DNA of 64,000 bases from Marsupella aquatica (lineage: Eukaryota > Plantae > Marchantiophyta), in NCBI GenBank assembly GCA_973895155.1, contig OZ316895.1:8792184-8856183 (forward strand), in the 5' to 3' direction. The notes beneath the pieces were generated by a model. The model searched no databases, was not told where the DNA came from, and saw nothing but the letters and a program-made list of their open reading frames with translations. Below are positions 25,237 through 38,500 of the stretch, one piece after another. The translations under genes were made by a program, and so were the position numbers. How positions within the stretch are numbered: position 1 is the first letter of the stretch; every line of letters begins with the position of its first letter.

Positions 25237-28200
25237 AGGTAGCAGTGGATTAGAAAAACAGACAAAGTAGTCTGTCACCCATTTGAATTCTAGTAGGAAA
25301 GGCTGCCTCTCACTGGCGTCTATATAGCAATAGTTGGAACAATTTCTGGAGCACAATGCAAGCTCAGACACACATACTCCCCCTATGCAACTCCCCTTTT
25401 TAGAAGGCAAGTATATAATTCCTTATAATGAAAAGTTAAATCCAATTGACCATGTAAAGTTTCATTTTTGCAGCTCTCAACTCAAGGAATACATAATTTA
25501 TGAAACTGCTATACTATATGGTGAATCCACCTTTCATATTTTGTCTTATTCAGGTTTTGTGCTCAGTATTTTGATTTTAATGTGCTTTAACAAGGTGATT
25601 CCTTTGTCTTAATTTGATTTTGAATTAACTTTTGGACCCCTTTTATTTTTAGTGAATTCATAATATTTTGAATGTGTTTGGCTCCCCTCATAAATGTGTA
25701 TTTTTTCCTTTTCAATCACTCCTTAGTGAATTATCTTTTTTCTCATGAGAGTGAAAGAAATGAATGTGAACGATGTGCACATCTAGTGTACTAAGCTCCC
25801 CTCATGGTTTCTTTAATTTGGAAAATGTATGGTTTTAATTGAGTTGATTGTCATTACCTAGAAGCAAGTGAAAATCTGTATTGTATGTGCACAACTCTGC
25901 TTTTTTCTTGCATGTGTATTATGTCATTTACTATATTAATTTCTTGGCATATACTTTACATGTACCTACATTTTATCATAAAATAAACCAAATGAATACA
26001 TTTCCCTACAAAAAAAAGAGGCATGTTCTAGGATGAACATGCTATAATTATCCAATTGACCATGTAAAGTTTTATTTTAGTCTACTAAAATCTTGCATCT
26101 CTCAACCCGTTTCTCAACTCAAGGAATACAAAAATATAACTTTAAAAAAAAAATTGAACTTGTTTTTATATGGAAAACTTTGATCACACCAAATTATATA
26201 TACAAGGGTCTACAACCAAACTAGCTCTCTTGGCTGGCTCAGGTGGCGGAGACACGGGCGGAGAGGACTCAGTCAGGCTATCCAGAAGTGACAAATCAAA
26301 ATCCTTGATTGCTATTGCTTTCCCCACACAAAGGCTTGAAGATTTCCAATCAAAGCTCACAAACTTTACTCTCTCACTCGAGTGATAAAAGTCCACACAT
26401 CCCCAAGCATACTTTGCCAAAACAGTCTGCCAATTCTTGGCAATCACATGTGTTGTGATTGGACTTATCCGGTAACAAATAGAACCTCCGCATTGAACCT
26501 CACATTAATTGGACAAACCTTTAATTTCTTCAATACGTCAAATCAGACAGGGCTAAATTCATCAGGAATCAATAGCGCAGAATGCCCTTGATCGAAAGTG
26601 CCTTTTGTCTTGTCAAATGCACGAGCTAGTGCATCCATTTCACAGCTTTAGGGTCCATCTCAGCATGCGGCTCCACCTTAATTAGTGTTTGCCTCAATGT
26701 GAATCTCAGGAAAAGACACAATGCATGCAACCAATGACTCTACGTCTATGGTAACTCAAACTCTCCCGCATGATCAATACGTGCATTCTTACAATATCCT
26801 TCTCTGCCATCGCCACCAGTAAGCATACAGTCAAAACTGAATTAAAACAAACAATGAGGCTCCTTGCAAAATCCTCCCACCAGTACTGAGAAGGGACATT
26901 GTGATCAATTTACGGTAGAAAGGGAAATTGGTCCAAAAGAGACAAAATATATAGACCTGGACCATTCTCGCTCCATCACAAAATCTGCAGGCCGGGTGCC
27001 TTAAGCAAACATCAGGAACCCGTGAGTCTTTGGCTATGGATAGGAGACAACCCAAAGAGCTAGCTGGACACAGGAAGGGTGAGTGAAGAATTGACATTGA
27101 ACTCTAGATTGAATTGATGTTGATAATATCAGAACTGCAGATTAGAACTAATTAATGCTTTGCAAATTACTTTTGCAAGAATTGAAGGATCAAAGGCACA
27201 TTCCTGACATTTGTCAAGCCTCAACTCCTTGTACATCCAGCTCTCTCCTACCTGGCTCCGGACATGAACATGTGAAGGAGTGAACCTGCCAGGTCAGTGA
27301 CAACTTACATTGAAGTTCAAATTTTGCCAGTTTTGTTTGGGAAGAGAAGTGTTGACCTACAAGATAGACAGCAATAGCAATTGACTGGATGAAAACGTTA
27401 CAAATGGGAAATTATGAATGACCAACGCAGCTCATTAGCGAGCATGCTTTCAATTAGAGTAGAGGAGAGATAGTATGTCAATAAATGAGTAAATAATCTT
27501 TTGCTTGTAATTTTCCATAGCAACATTGAAGCAAAAGTCTGTCTTCAATCCCTCAACAAACTCCTCCATTATGTAGCCTATGTTGTCCACGAACATCAAT
27601 CTACTCCTCACACTCTCTATTGGCAAGGTTCAGCTCATTGTAAGCACTACCAGCAAAATGCATGGTTGTCGATCCTCATCTCATGCTGGCTCTTTGGTTG
27701 GCCTGGTGAGAGCGGGGGTGAGATTTCTGCTACGGACCATCCCCTGGACCATTGTGGAATTTCCTTCTTGCAAATTGAAGCTTAATCATTATTTTCATTT
27801 TTTGTGTTTGCAAAAAGGGATAGAAAGCAATTCTCAGCTTGGGGGTTTCACTTCCACAAAAATGACACATCATGTGCGACGAAGTATAGCGTCATTGTAT
27901 TGGTTCCAAGGGAAGAATTATAAAATTTCTCAGAAGAACAATAGGGTCTGTTAAATCCAATTTTGAGACTTATAAGAACATTAGGGGCTTTTTAATCAAA
28001 TTTTGGGAATATTCCAACTTTATAGGGGTTTAAAAAAATTGAAAATCTTACATTTAGGGGGTCCGATGCCTAAAAACATCATAGGTGATGGACAGGCCTC
28101 CATATAGTGAGACCCCCAAGAACTTAGAGGAAGAAAAGAGCTGAACAGAATGAAGCAGAGTAAGAATGGAGGAGGAAAGAACAAGAACGAATTGAAAGTG

Positions 28201-29134
28201 AACCATACTTAGTCCCCATCGATGGCCATCCCGGGGCCTAGACCATAGAGGAGCTTGACATCGGAGTCAGCAACGTCAGAGCTATGGGTAGGGTAATGGA
28301 GTTTCGCAACTAAGGGCCTCGCTCACAATTGGGTTTGCTTTGCATTACCCACATTCAAGTCTTCAAAATGTGTTGTTTTCTCTGAAAATAACATTTGTAC
28401 CATGATTGATGACAAATGCTATATTTTGATTTTATTTCAGATTGACTTCATACTTAGGACCTCTCTTACTAGGGAGTCAAAAGATTTTCTGAGTATTGTT
28501 CATCTGGAGCACCTTGAAGGGAAGAACTAGGTTTAACCCTACCGAGTTCTTGAACACTTTCACATTAAGTGGTTTGCCATCATGTTGAGAGTGAGGTACT
28601 CAAGGTTGAATTTCCTATAAAAGCTAAAGTTAAGGATATAGATAACTAGCTTGGATTATGTAGATAGTGCTACTTTACATTATTTCTGAGAAGCATGGAT
28701 CACCATGTTCACCATTGAAACCTGAGTTCTTGCAAGAAAACATGTTGGAATGGCTGCCTAAGTTGTCCCTAAGTTTATCCTAGGCACTGAATTTAATTTC
28801 TACAGCTTTTATTATAGTGCTTTAGTCCTTGTCTTAGAGTATCACTACATGAGTTGTTGTAATAATTATACTGATCAGTGGAAATTTGTATTATTTACAG
28901 GAAAGTGAAAACTCTGAGATTGATGGCACGGGGTTGAAGTGATCCTGTCCAAAAACAAAAGTTGCTAATTTGCTGCTGCACTTGTTAATATTGTAGTAGT
29001 GGCAACGATGTTGATTTTTAGTGATGGGACTGAAATCCTCTACGAGTTAAGAATTAATACTGTAGAAAGAGTTCTGCAAAGCTTGAAGCTACTTAGGCAA
29101 CAGGCCAGGCTAATAATTAACACTATAAAACCTA

Positions 29135-32100
29135 TCATGGTACACACAAGGCAATCAGTGAGTGTCCGTGAGTTATGTTATTTGGTCCACTCGCGAAGCC
29201 AGTGGTAGTTTCACCAACAGGCTGGAAAATACATCCGTCCATTATGGCCACCCCTCCAGCAACAGGCCCTTGGGTTGAGTAAGTAGACAGAACTGCCCCA
29301 GTTGCAGAATCTAGTGCCACTATTTTGCCTACCGGTGTACTGCTAGAGAAGTTACCTTGTGATCCGCCAAAGACCACACCATTGGCATATGCAACCTGCA
29401 TCATTCAATAGACTCTCAATCAGCATTGGTGCACTAGTCTAATCACAACCCCATGAGTTAAGTATCAGTATCCCTCCCATAAGTCACTCTTGTGTGGAAT
29501 CTTCCTACTCAGCGAGATTGCACAGATGACAGTTTTGCATGGCGATGTTTGAGACAGAAAAAAAAAAAAACAGACCACAAAATTGATGTTCAACTTTGAC
29601 GACGCACATGAATTTCACTGATATGGAAGTTGCTATTAAACAACCTCTCAAACCACTTAGTTCCTTTGTCAGTTAATTAAGGTGACTTTTAGGCGGAAGA
29701 TCACCCCTTTATCAAAGTCTGGTGTACATGGGCGAGCTCCTGTGATTATGGCGTCTTGATTCGTCAGTTTTCAGATCAAAATCCCAAGACCTTGCCAACA
29801 AGACGTGCATACCAGAAATCACATTTTGGTGGAGAAGAAGGTAGCATACCGGTGCTTGAGTACCCAGTGGATCAGGGTTGGCTGTGGACCAAAGGATAGC
29901 TCCTGTGGAAGCATTCATGGCCACCCAGCCTCCCCAAGTTATGACTCTGGACGATGGCACCAAGGTGAAATTCAATCTGAATCCATTGATGATGTTCGTG
30001 AATACCCTTTCACCGTCGGTAGTCATGCCCCATGACGCTCCTCCTCCAATAGACCCTGGACCTCCATCCTGCAGGTTTGCATTCCACAATCAAATATCAA
30101 CTTCCACCAATGATGCATTACAGATTAAATATCATAGTCTCGATCAGACTGCGTTACTTTTATTTCCTCGGCCTTGTTATATCTGCAGAACGATATATAA
30201 GTCTTGTACGTAATGATCAAGTCGACCCACCCGATCCCACAATTCGCATATCTATCCATGAAATTCAGCACATCAAGATCATCGATGTCTTATGCTTTCA
30301 CGGTGTATTGGTCAGGACAAAATTGGTGACTTGTCCCGAAAATGGAGGTTATCAACAGATCGAGGCGTGCTAGTCAGCATCTGCGTTGACAAAAGTAATT
30401 TATGTAGAAACGGAATGCATGCAGCATCAAAAACTACAAGCGGTTTATGGGTCACAAGCGCTTACAGTTTGCCAAACAATCTCTCCAGTCTCTCGATCAA
30501 GAGCATGAACGATCCCATTCTTCTGACCGGCAACCACCACGTCCCTCAATGTACACGACGAATTATGTTCTTCCTTGATCGTTATCAGGAACGGAGCTTC
30601 TCCAAAATCGGCATCCGGTCCAAGAATTGGGGGGCAATTGGGCAATGGGACAGGGGAAAGGAAACAAACATAAATCCAAGTATCATAGGCGCCCAGATGT
30701 GTAGACCACGCGATTTTGCCAGTGTCGATGTTGATGGCAACAAAGGATTCGGCATGGTTGTCCGGGTGGATGCATGGATCGGGGAAGGTACCGGTGGCGT
30801 TGGTCTTGTTCAATTGAGCTTGTTCACAAGCCGTAATATCTGGAGGGGTGGTGTAGTCGTTCCCCGTGGCAATGTATACCAACCTCCTGGAGACATCAAT
30901 TGCTGGACTGCTCCCCCAAACGCCCGCTCCTGAATAGAGCCCCGTCTGCTTGTGGTTGTCCGGAAGCATGGACACTCGCCACACTGTCTCTCCCGTCTTA
31001 GCGTTGAGCTTAAACATCGCACCTTGAAAGGTACAGCAGGTTGCTGGTGGACCAGACTCTTCCCAGGAGCTCGTGCCGATGTAGAATGCACTGCACAAAT
31101 TTCACGATAGAAGACAGCACATTAGCCACCAGATTACTAGGGGTTTGACAGCTCCAAGGTATAACGTAGCTAAAGCGGCAAGTTAATTGATCTCGGCGAC
31201 GGAGTAATACATATAGAGTCGATGAATCAATGGTGCAAGTACAGGGAATGTACTTGTAGTCAGCAATGAAGGTACGGTGGTAAAAGAGTTATGAAATCGT
31301 CAGACTGACCCTTGGTAGTACGTCCCGGATTGTTGTAAGGTGCACCATTGCTGAGAATCCAAGCTGGTCCACCAAACCACTGCTCCTGTAGATCTGTTCA
31401 ACGCCAGCACATAGCACGGACCATATATCCCAAACAGTAGCAGGGGTCCGGCTATGGTTGGAGTTGATCTGGAAAGAAGATCAGGAGCTTTAGAAACTGA
31501 CGGTGAATCATTTCTGATATGCGGTATAACGTAGACTCCGTCCAAGAGTCCTGGAATTGTCGGAGCAAGCTCGGTAAGATTCACTTTCCAGATGCGCTCG
31601 CCGGTGTCTTTCGTGACGGAGTACAGGCATCCATCCCAGCTCGAGAAATACACTGCTCCCCTTCCGTGGCCATCGATGGATGGGTTTGCAGAGATATCGT
31701 AGTCTGCCAAGGCGGTCCACTTCAGCGCTAGTTTTGCCACTGTGTCTTTGCTGATCTTCGTCTCGGACATAGCCTCGCGGCGATTAGTAATGCCTCCTCC
31801 TTGGTTCGGCCATGACTTCGACAACTCGTCCCACTCCTCCTTGTACAATATTATTTTCACAATCCACGACGCGGCATCCAGTATAGTAGTTAGTGACTTT
31901 ATATAATTATCCATCAAGCGAAAGAGGCATGAGTCCGATTCATGCACTGACGTACGGTATTTCAAAGTATGATGCTAAAGTCCTGAGCTATATATATATA
32001 TATAAAGTAACCAAGTCATGGACTAGATAGTTCAAGCACTAACAGTCAATATATATCCTTTCCTGGAGATTCATTCGGCTATCGAATCTCAGGAAGCCAC

Positions 32101-32635
32101 TCATGATAATTTCATTATAATTAACGAAGGCCAAAATGGAGGTTCTACTTCTCAGGGCACTGCCAGACTGACTCTACGAAGTGCAGGGTTTACGAAAAGT
32201 TGTCGAGAAAACATTCAATCGGAAGAAAAGTCGTAAATCTTTTCACGAAGACCCTTGTTGTCTAGTAATTAGTGCCTTCCAATTCCAGTTAACACAAAAG
32301 TAGTGTTATACACATGGAGGAACTCTGTCTCCTTTACGTTCACGGGTAATTGCAAGACAAAATAAATTTTCAATTTTTCACGAAGACCCTTGTTGTCTAG
32401 TACTTATTGGCTATTCCAGTTAACACAAAAGTGTTGATATACATATCAAGGAACTCTGTTTCCTTTACGTTCGGGGGAAATTGCAAGACAAAATAAACTT
32501 TCTATTTTCTAATTGCATTTGATTCTGATCGAGTGTGGGACTTACATCAGAATCCCGACTCCAAGACTGGACGGGAGTGACAACGAGGGCGGCAAACAGC
32601 AACACGATCCACCGATAATCTGAAAATGTTTTCAT
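29135..32635 (-). CDS. Secreted PQQ-type beta-propeller protein (polyvinyl alcohol dehydrogenase-like), copy 2, 5 exons, ~574 aa
   Basis: Exons 32635-32546, ~31839-31310, 31090-30466, 30068-29850 and 29395-29135 have the same intron positions and phases as copy 1. Signal peptide MKTFSDYRWIVLLFAALVVTPVQS. Confidence 0.9.
32238..32510. repeat. ~137-bp tandem duplication in intron 1 of PQQ gene 2
   Basis: TTTTCACGAAGACCCTTGTTGTCTAGTA...AATTGCAAGACAAAATAAA occurs twice. The paralogous intron (~18560-18720) has a single copy. Confidence 0.8.
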
Positions 32636-32909
32636 CGCTTAACTTGGGCTGTCTCGATCAAGCTCGGCCTCGCCCTAGTGCCTGCATGCTGCAGCGACTA
32701 TCTATTCTCCATCAAGGATATCGAGCCTATTCTCCAATACTACACGCCTTTGTCTATATGCCACAAATCTGGACGTACTGGTGTGCAGAGATCGATTTTT
32801 GGTGGGCCAAGTCTTCTGGATGAGTTGCCGCCGTACGTCATTGCGTTCACGTACAATCTGCTTTGCTGGTTATCGTAGCTGACCACGCAATGGAGCTCCA
32901 TAAGTTGCA

Positions 32910-34080
32910 AGCGTTGTCGCGGGCATTAATTATCTTCTTTCTAATATCCTTATTAGAGTCGTGTGAATTACGTTCTGTGGGGTCGTTTCCGACGCTGTGA
33001 GATAGACTACTCGCTCAAAACTCAAAAAGGCAATGCTTTCTGAGGTCATGAGGTGCACTTGCATTCTCAATGAAATTAAAGAACTTTACTGGAAAATTTA
33101 TACATTGTTTTACCAGGAAATGGTTGACTTTTGGTGAAATGCACAACTCAGTCACCAAAATCACAGACATGACCAAGCATTAGTGTACCTGCCAAATATA
33201 TTAAACGTGGGCATTCAAACTGGTCATTGCATGCAGAGCCATCCAACCGGTACATGCCATGTGCCACAACTATTCATCGACCAGTTCCAGTCTTGCTCAC
33301 GTTTCCTAGCTACTGTATATACAGTGTCCCTCGCAGTGCCCCCGGTTTTTGAGTGTTGATCGTAGATTGAGGGATTCTAGTGAGAGCGCAATAGTTACAG
33401 TAGAGGTTTTCCGGGTTTGGTATTGCACTTTCGGGAACTAGCTGCTCAGATTTCGAGAATTGTAGCTAGACATTCAATTCCAAGATGTAAGGGTTACTTA
33501 ACATCTCTCAGACTATAGGCAATGAATGCCACCGACGTTTGAAGTCTCGAAATCGCTCTAATCTCGAGAACTTGGGGGACAAATGCTGATCGATTACTGT
33601 TATTTCCGGAGACACTTCGTTGCGTTCATCTGCAACATTCTCTTCGTTGCCATTCAATTTCTGGTGGGAGAGGCTGCCTCTCATCATTGACATCCCCTCT
33701 TCACCACTTAACATTGGCTCTCTTCTGGCCCTGAAAGTGCTACCAGTGCCCAGCACTGATATAGCCGATGATTTACAGCCGATGATATAGTCGACTTACA
33801 GCTGACTGACGAGCTTCAGCGTACGTGATCGTCAACTGAGAGTGTGTTTTCTGCTTAGAGAGTATGTGCCACTGCGTCGCACCGTACCCTAACGTCCAGA
33901 TTTGGTTGGGTGGCTCACCCAATTTTAACTTGTTTAGCTCCCCCGAAGCTCATTGATTGTCAATTATGTACTCAACAATAGTTTCAAGGTTGGTTATCTT
34001 GATTCGGAATTTCAAGACCTTAAAAATAAACAAATTGAGTTAAAAACTAATATTGGCTTATTTACCATTTTTGACAGAAC
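32910..34080. repeat. Copy D of the upstream module, directly 5' of PQQ gene 2
   Basis: Colinear with 10000-10980 and 11410-12440. Confidence 0.85.
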
Positions 34081-34309
34081 GTTCGCTATTTACTAAATAA
34101 CGATCGTGCTACCCTGTGTCCCTGTTCATAAAATTGAGGGACAATCACAAAGATCCCTCCCCAAAAAATTCTTAAAAATGCATGAAAACCGCCCCAATCT
34201 CGATTCTCACTTTCAAATGGAAAATTTGAAATAGGCTACATGAATATCCAAATGACCATTGTGCATCATGTCTCCTTTGCCTCGATCAAATCAAATAAAA
34301 CATATATAA

Positions 34310-34830
34310 CTTACATCGTAATCCTGGTCCCCGGACAGCAGTGGAGTCACAAGAACGGAGCATCTGAAAATCTTTTCATGAGTTTCGGCTCTCTCAAGCT
34401 AGGCAACTCGATCGGTCTCTTGCCGTACTTTCTGTGGAGCAGGCAGCTACTATCCTGGGTATGGAGGCTATTCTACAATGCTAAGTACCATCTATACATA
34501 TATGTCCAGCAGTCTCGATCATGTTTTCTTCCCTTAATGGGATCTTAGTGGCTCGTAGTTTCTTCAGATTATTTTTCAGATTTCAAATACAAAATTTCGT
34601 CACCACCATCATAGACCTGTCCAAGAGCACTGGCAGCTTTAAAACGTGTGCCAATATCAAATGCTTTGCAGGTCACCCCAACCGGTACATGCCCTGCATT
34701 GGGCCGGGCCATCTTGAATTATTCATATTCTGTTCCAGTCTTGCTCTGAACGTTTGTTACTTGTACAGGATACCTCGGCGGAAATGAACAGTAAGTAGAG
34801 GAGGACCATCCCCGGTGAATTCGACAACAG
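34310..34830 (-). pseudogene. Relic third PQQ-gene copy: degenerate exon 1 plus partial upstream module (copy E)
   Basis: Minus strand reads ATGAAAAGATTTTCAGAT...TTGTGACTCCA...GATTACGAT|GTAAG, matching exon 1 of both genes but with a deletion and an in-frame stop. The module core is at ~34590-34830. No downstream exons are present. Confidence 0.7.
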
Positions 34831-35549
34831 TGACCTTTTTCATACGATTAGGAGTTTGAGCGAGGAAACGAAACGAAACGACACACAAAGGAAGGTTGAG
34901 ACAGCCACGCAACAGCAAAAGAACACCAAACCGAGAAACTGCTTCTTTCTGCCTTGATTTTTGGCATTGAAACACAGTTGAGCAAGGACAAACTAATTAA
35001 AGCATTCCCTTTCTCAGTTTGAGACTGATTCGAGCGTAATAAGGAAGAACCGGAGACTCGGGGCGAAATTTTGGGCTACGAAGGAATTGATGAACACTTT
35101 TTTCTGTGAGCAAGCTACTGTCAGTAGGTTTTGGGCTGTGAAGGTGAAACTCTGGGCATGTATGACTGTAGCTATCAGCGTGTTTAGCGGGGCCATTCAG
35201 TCAGTAAATTCATTTCAAGAAAATGTGCACACCTCCTCCATCACTCAGCAATCTGGCTCTCCTCCAGCTTGACTTGGTCCACAATTGTTGCCATTAAAGT
35301 ACTCCCTGATTATCATCCTATTGAGGCCTTCGTGTCTCTGACTGAACGTCCAGATGATATCGGAATACAGTATATATCAGGGTCTACTTACAAAATTCAT
35401 AGGCACTGAATATGTTCACAACTGTACCTCGCGAGATGAAGCACCCATAATTAAGAATTGCGAACCATTGTAGCTTTTGCCAATTCATGCAACACGCACA
35501 CGCAGGCATTGACCAAATGGCCATAACAACCTCATGGCCATAACAAACG

Positions 35550-38500
35550 CAGGGCCCTTAGTTTGAATCAGCCCTTTCTTTTCACATGTCTTGGTTGGGC
35601 CTTTTGTCGCTTCTTGATGCGCTTTTGCTTTTATCGGGTTGCGACCTGTCATGTCTACGTTGAGAGTGTTGGCGCGGGGCAAGCGCCCAGCCCCCCCCAC
35701 ACAGTTCTCCCCCCTCCTCCCCCCCCCGCCTCGTGGTCGCCTTCGTGTTTGCTCTTCTTCATTGGATCTCTCTCATCTTCGTGATGACCCCATGCCCGAT
35801 GTTCTGCCAGTCCCCCCAGTCTACTGCCCACCCCATCGACGCCCTGGCTCCTCTCCCCAGCCCATTCCCCCTCCACCCCTCCAGCATCCCCCTCCGGCCT
35901 CTTCATCCACGTCGGTTCCCCCCCCACCTCCTGTCCAGTCGGTCCCTGCTCCCTCCCCAGACGAGCGTCCCCTGCATACTTGTCCTGAGTGTGGCTGGGT
36001 TGGCCTCTCCCTTCCTCATCACCGCGGGCGGGGCCGGTGCCAACGTCGCCAGCAAGCCCAATCCCAGCCCCAGCCCCCTCTTGACCCAGTTAGCTCTGCC
36101 CCTCTTTCCTTGGAGGCTTCCGAGCAGGCATGGAGTTGGGTTCGCTCTCTAGACCCCCTTCCAGCCTACCATCCAGGGTACATTAGACCTCGCCTTTATA
36201 ACCACATCCCACTAGCGTTGCGCCCATTAGTTCGGTCATCCTTGTTGCAACTCATGCAGCTTATCTTGGCGCATCCTATCGAGGTCTCCTATTGGTCTTT
36301 ACTCATGCTTTTTCCACAGTGGACTCTTACCCTCCCTAGTCACGGTGGTCGCGTGGGTCATCGTGAGACTGCCTCTCGTATCCATCGTTTTCTGCGGGGA
36401 GATTGGGAACAGCTTCAGGAAGAGTACTTTCTTCGAGCCCGTTCCTTTACTACCCGTGCTTTGTCTGACCCAGCTCGCCACTCTCATCCTCCAGAGCACA
36501 GACGCCTTCGTCGCTCTTGTCGTTTGGCCCAGGCTGGTGAATATCGTCGTGCGGTCCAGGCCCTTTCTCCCACCACACCAGCCCCCCCTGGCGAGGTCAC
36601 CTTGACGGCCCTTCAGGATCTCCATCCGCAGCCCTATGATCAGCTCCCTTTGTTCGTGGAGGATTTTGAGCCTGAGGAGGATCTTCAGTTTAGTAGGGAC
36701 CACTTCACCTATGCTTTCCTCCATGCTCCGCGTTGCGCGGCTGGTGGCCCCTCTGGCTATGTCTTTGAGCATTTTTGTGATTTATTCCCCCCTGAGGATC
36801 CTCAGTCTGGTTTTCCAGTTTTCTTCTCCTTTTGCCAGTGTATTGCTGCCGGCCGTTTGCCTCCTCCCGTCTCTCGGCTTTTGAGTGCTTCTCGTTTATT
36901 GGCCATGGCTAAGTCTTCACCGGGTGTTCGGCCCATAGCTATTGGAGAGGTCTTTCTTCGTCTGGTGTCTCGCGCACTTTCATCGCAGTATCGCTCTGCA
37001 CTATCGGATCATCTCTCTCCACATCAGTTTGCAGTGGGCGTTCCTGGCGGTTGTGAGACAGTTATTGCGGGTATTCGTACTACCTTGGACCTCCACCCTG
37101 ATTGGGTTGTCCTCCAGGTTGATGTCTCCAATGCTTTCAATACGGTTTCTCGGGCAGCAATTTTTCGTGCTTTGAGGGCAGCGGATCCAGACATCCAGTC
37201 CCTTATCCCCTTTGTCCGTTGTTTTTATGGGTGTGAGGCCCCCCTCTTCTATAGTCATCACACCTCTACAGGAGTGTATACCACTCTTTCTTCTGCAGAA
37301 GGTACACGTCAGGGTGACCCTTTGGGTGGGCCTCTTTTTGCCATTGCCCATTTTACTGCTTTACGAGAAGCCTCCGCGGCCCACCCCCAGTGTATCTTCC
37401 CCTCCCTTTCAGATGACACCCACATCATTGGTCCACCTTTTGCTGTTACTTCTGCCCTCGCCACCCTTTCCACCCATTTGTTGGGCCTCGGTTTACGAGT
37501 ACAGCCGGTGAAGAGTCGTGCATGGAGTCCAGCTGGGTTACCCTCTGATCTTGCGCTTCCCCCTGGGTTCTTACGTCCTGCCGACGGTCTTCGGGTCCTT
37601 GGCTCCCCAGTCGGTACCGCCTCCTTTTGCTCATCTTTCATTGCTGACGCTCTCCAGGCTGCCTTAGCCCCTACTCCTATGCTCCCTAAGTTAGCAGACT
37701 CTCAGGCAGCATTTGGGTTGTTATTGAGATGCATCCACCCTCGTGCGTCCTATTTGGCTCGGACACATCCCCCTACCGAGGATCTTTCTCTACACCTCCG
37801 AGCGTTTGATGTCTCCATTCGTGAGACTTTGGCCTCTCTTTTAGGGCCAGGTACTTTACTCTCATCTCCGTGGCTTCATCGACAGCTCAGTCTTCCTATT
37901 TCTCACGGTGGTTTTGGGCTTACTTCCACTGAGCACCTTGCACCTTTGGCCTTCTTGGGCACGTGGGCGGCCGCCTTCTCATTGTTGGTAGATCGTTTCC
38001 TTACTGAGGATCGACCTTTTTTACTTTCATCTCTCATGGAGGTCGAGGAGGGTTCCCTCCCATTTCAGGTTCATTTGCGCACGGCTCGGTCATCATTACC
38101 CGATCCTGTTTGAGCTGCGTTACCTTCATTCCAGGAGTTTTTATCCTTGGACCCCGTCCGTCTTCAGGCAGACCTTGTTGGGCGTATGCATGCTTTCACC
38201 CTCTCCAGCATCCTCACCGAGGCACCTGACACGGACCGAGCTCGGATTCTTTCTTCCGGAGGGAAGGGCGCAGGAGGCTGGCTTCAGGCCAATCCAGTCA
38301 TTCCTCACCTGCGGATGTCTTCAGCGGAGTTTGCGACAGCCATGCGTCTTCGTATGGGCTTGCCCCACCCACTTCTTGCTGGTTTACCTCCTACTTGCAC
38401 TTGTGGGAAGCCTTGTGATGCCACAGGTGTCCATCTTCTTCGATACAGTTTGGGCGGCGAAACCATTTTTGTTCACGACGCTGTGAGAGATGCGACTGCT

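Noticed and set aside
31840-31965. N-terminal extension of the 221-aa ORF as the true start of PQQ gene 2
   Set aside because: It is intron 1 read-through. A signal-peptide exon with a GT donor exists at 32635-32546, and the paralog has a stop here.
35520-35548. ATGGCCATAACAA direct repeat as the TSD of the CRE element
   Set aside because: Both copies are on the 5' side, and no match was found at the 3' end.
38111-38113. Programmed readthrough or a two-ORF organisation in the CRE element
   Set aside because: A CGA>TGA transition is simpler, and a second lesion (C>Y in the zinc knuckle) indicates decay.
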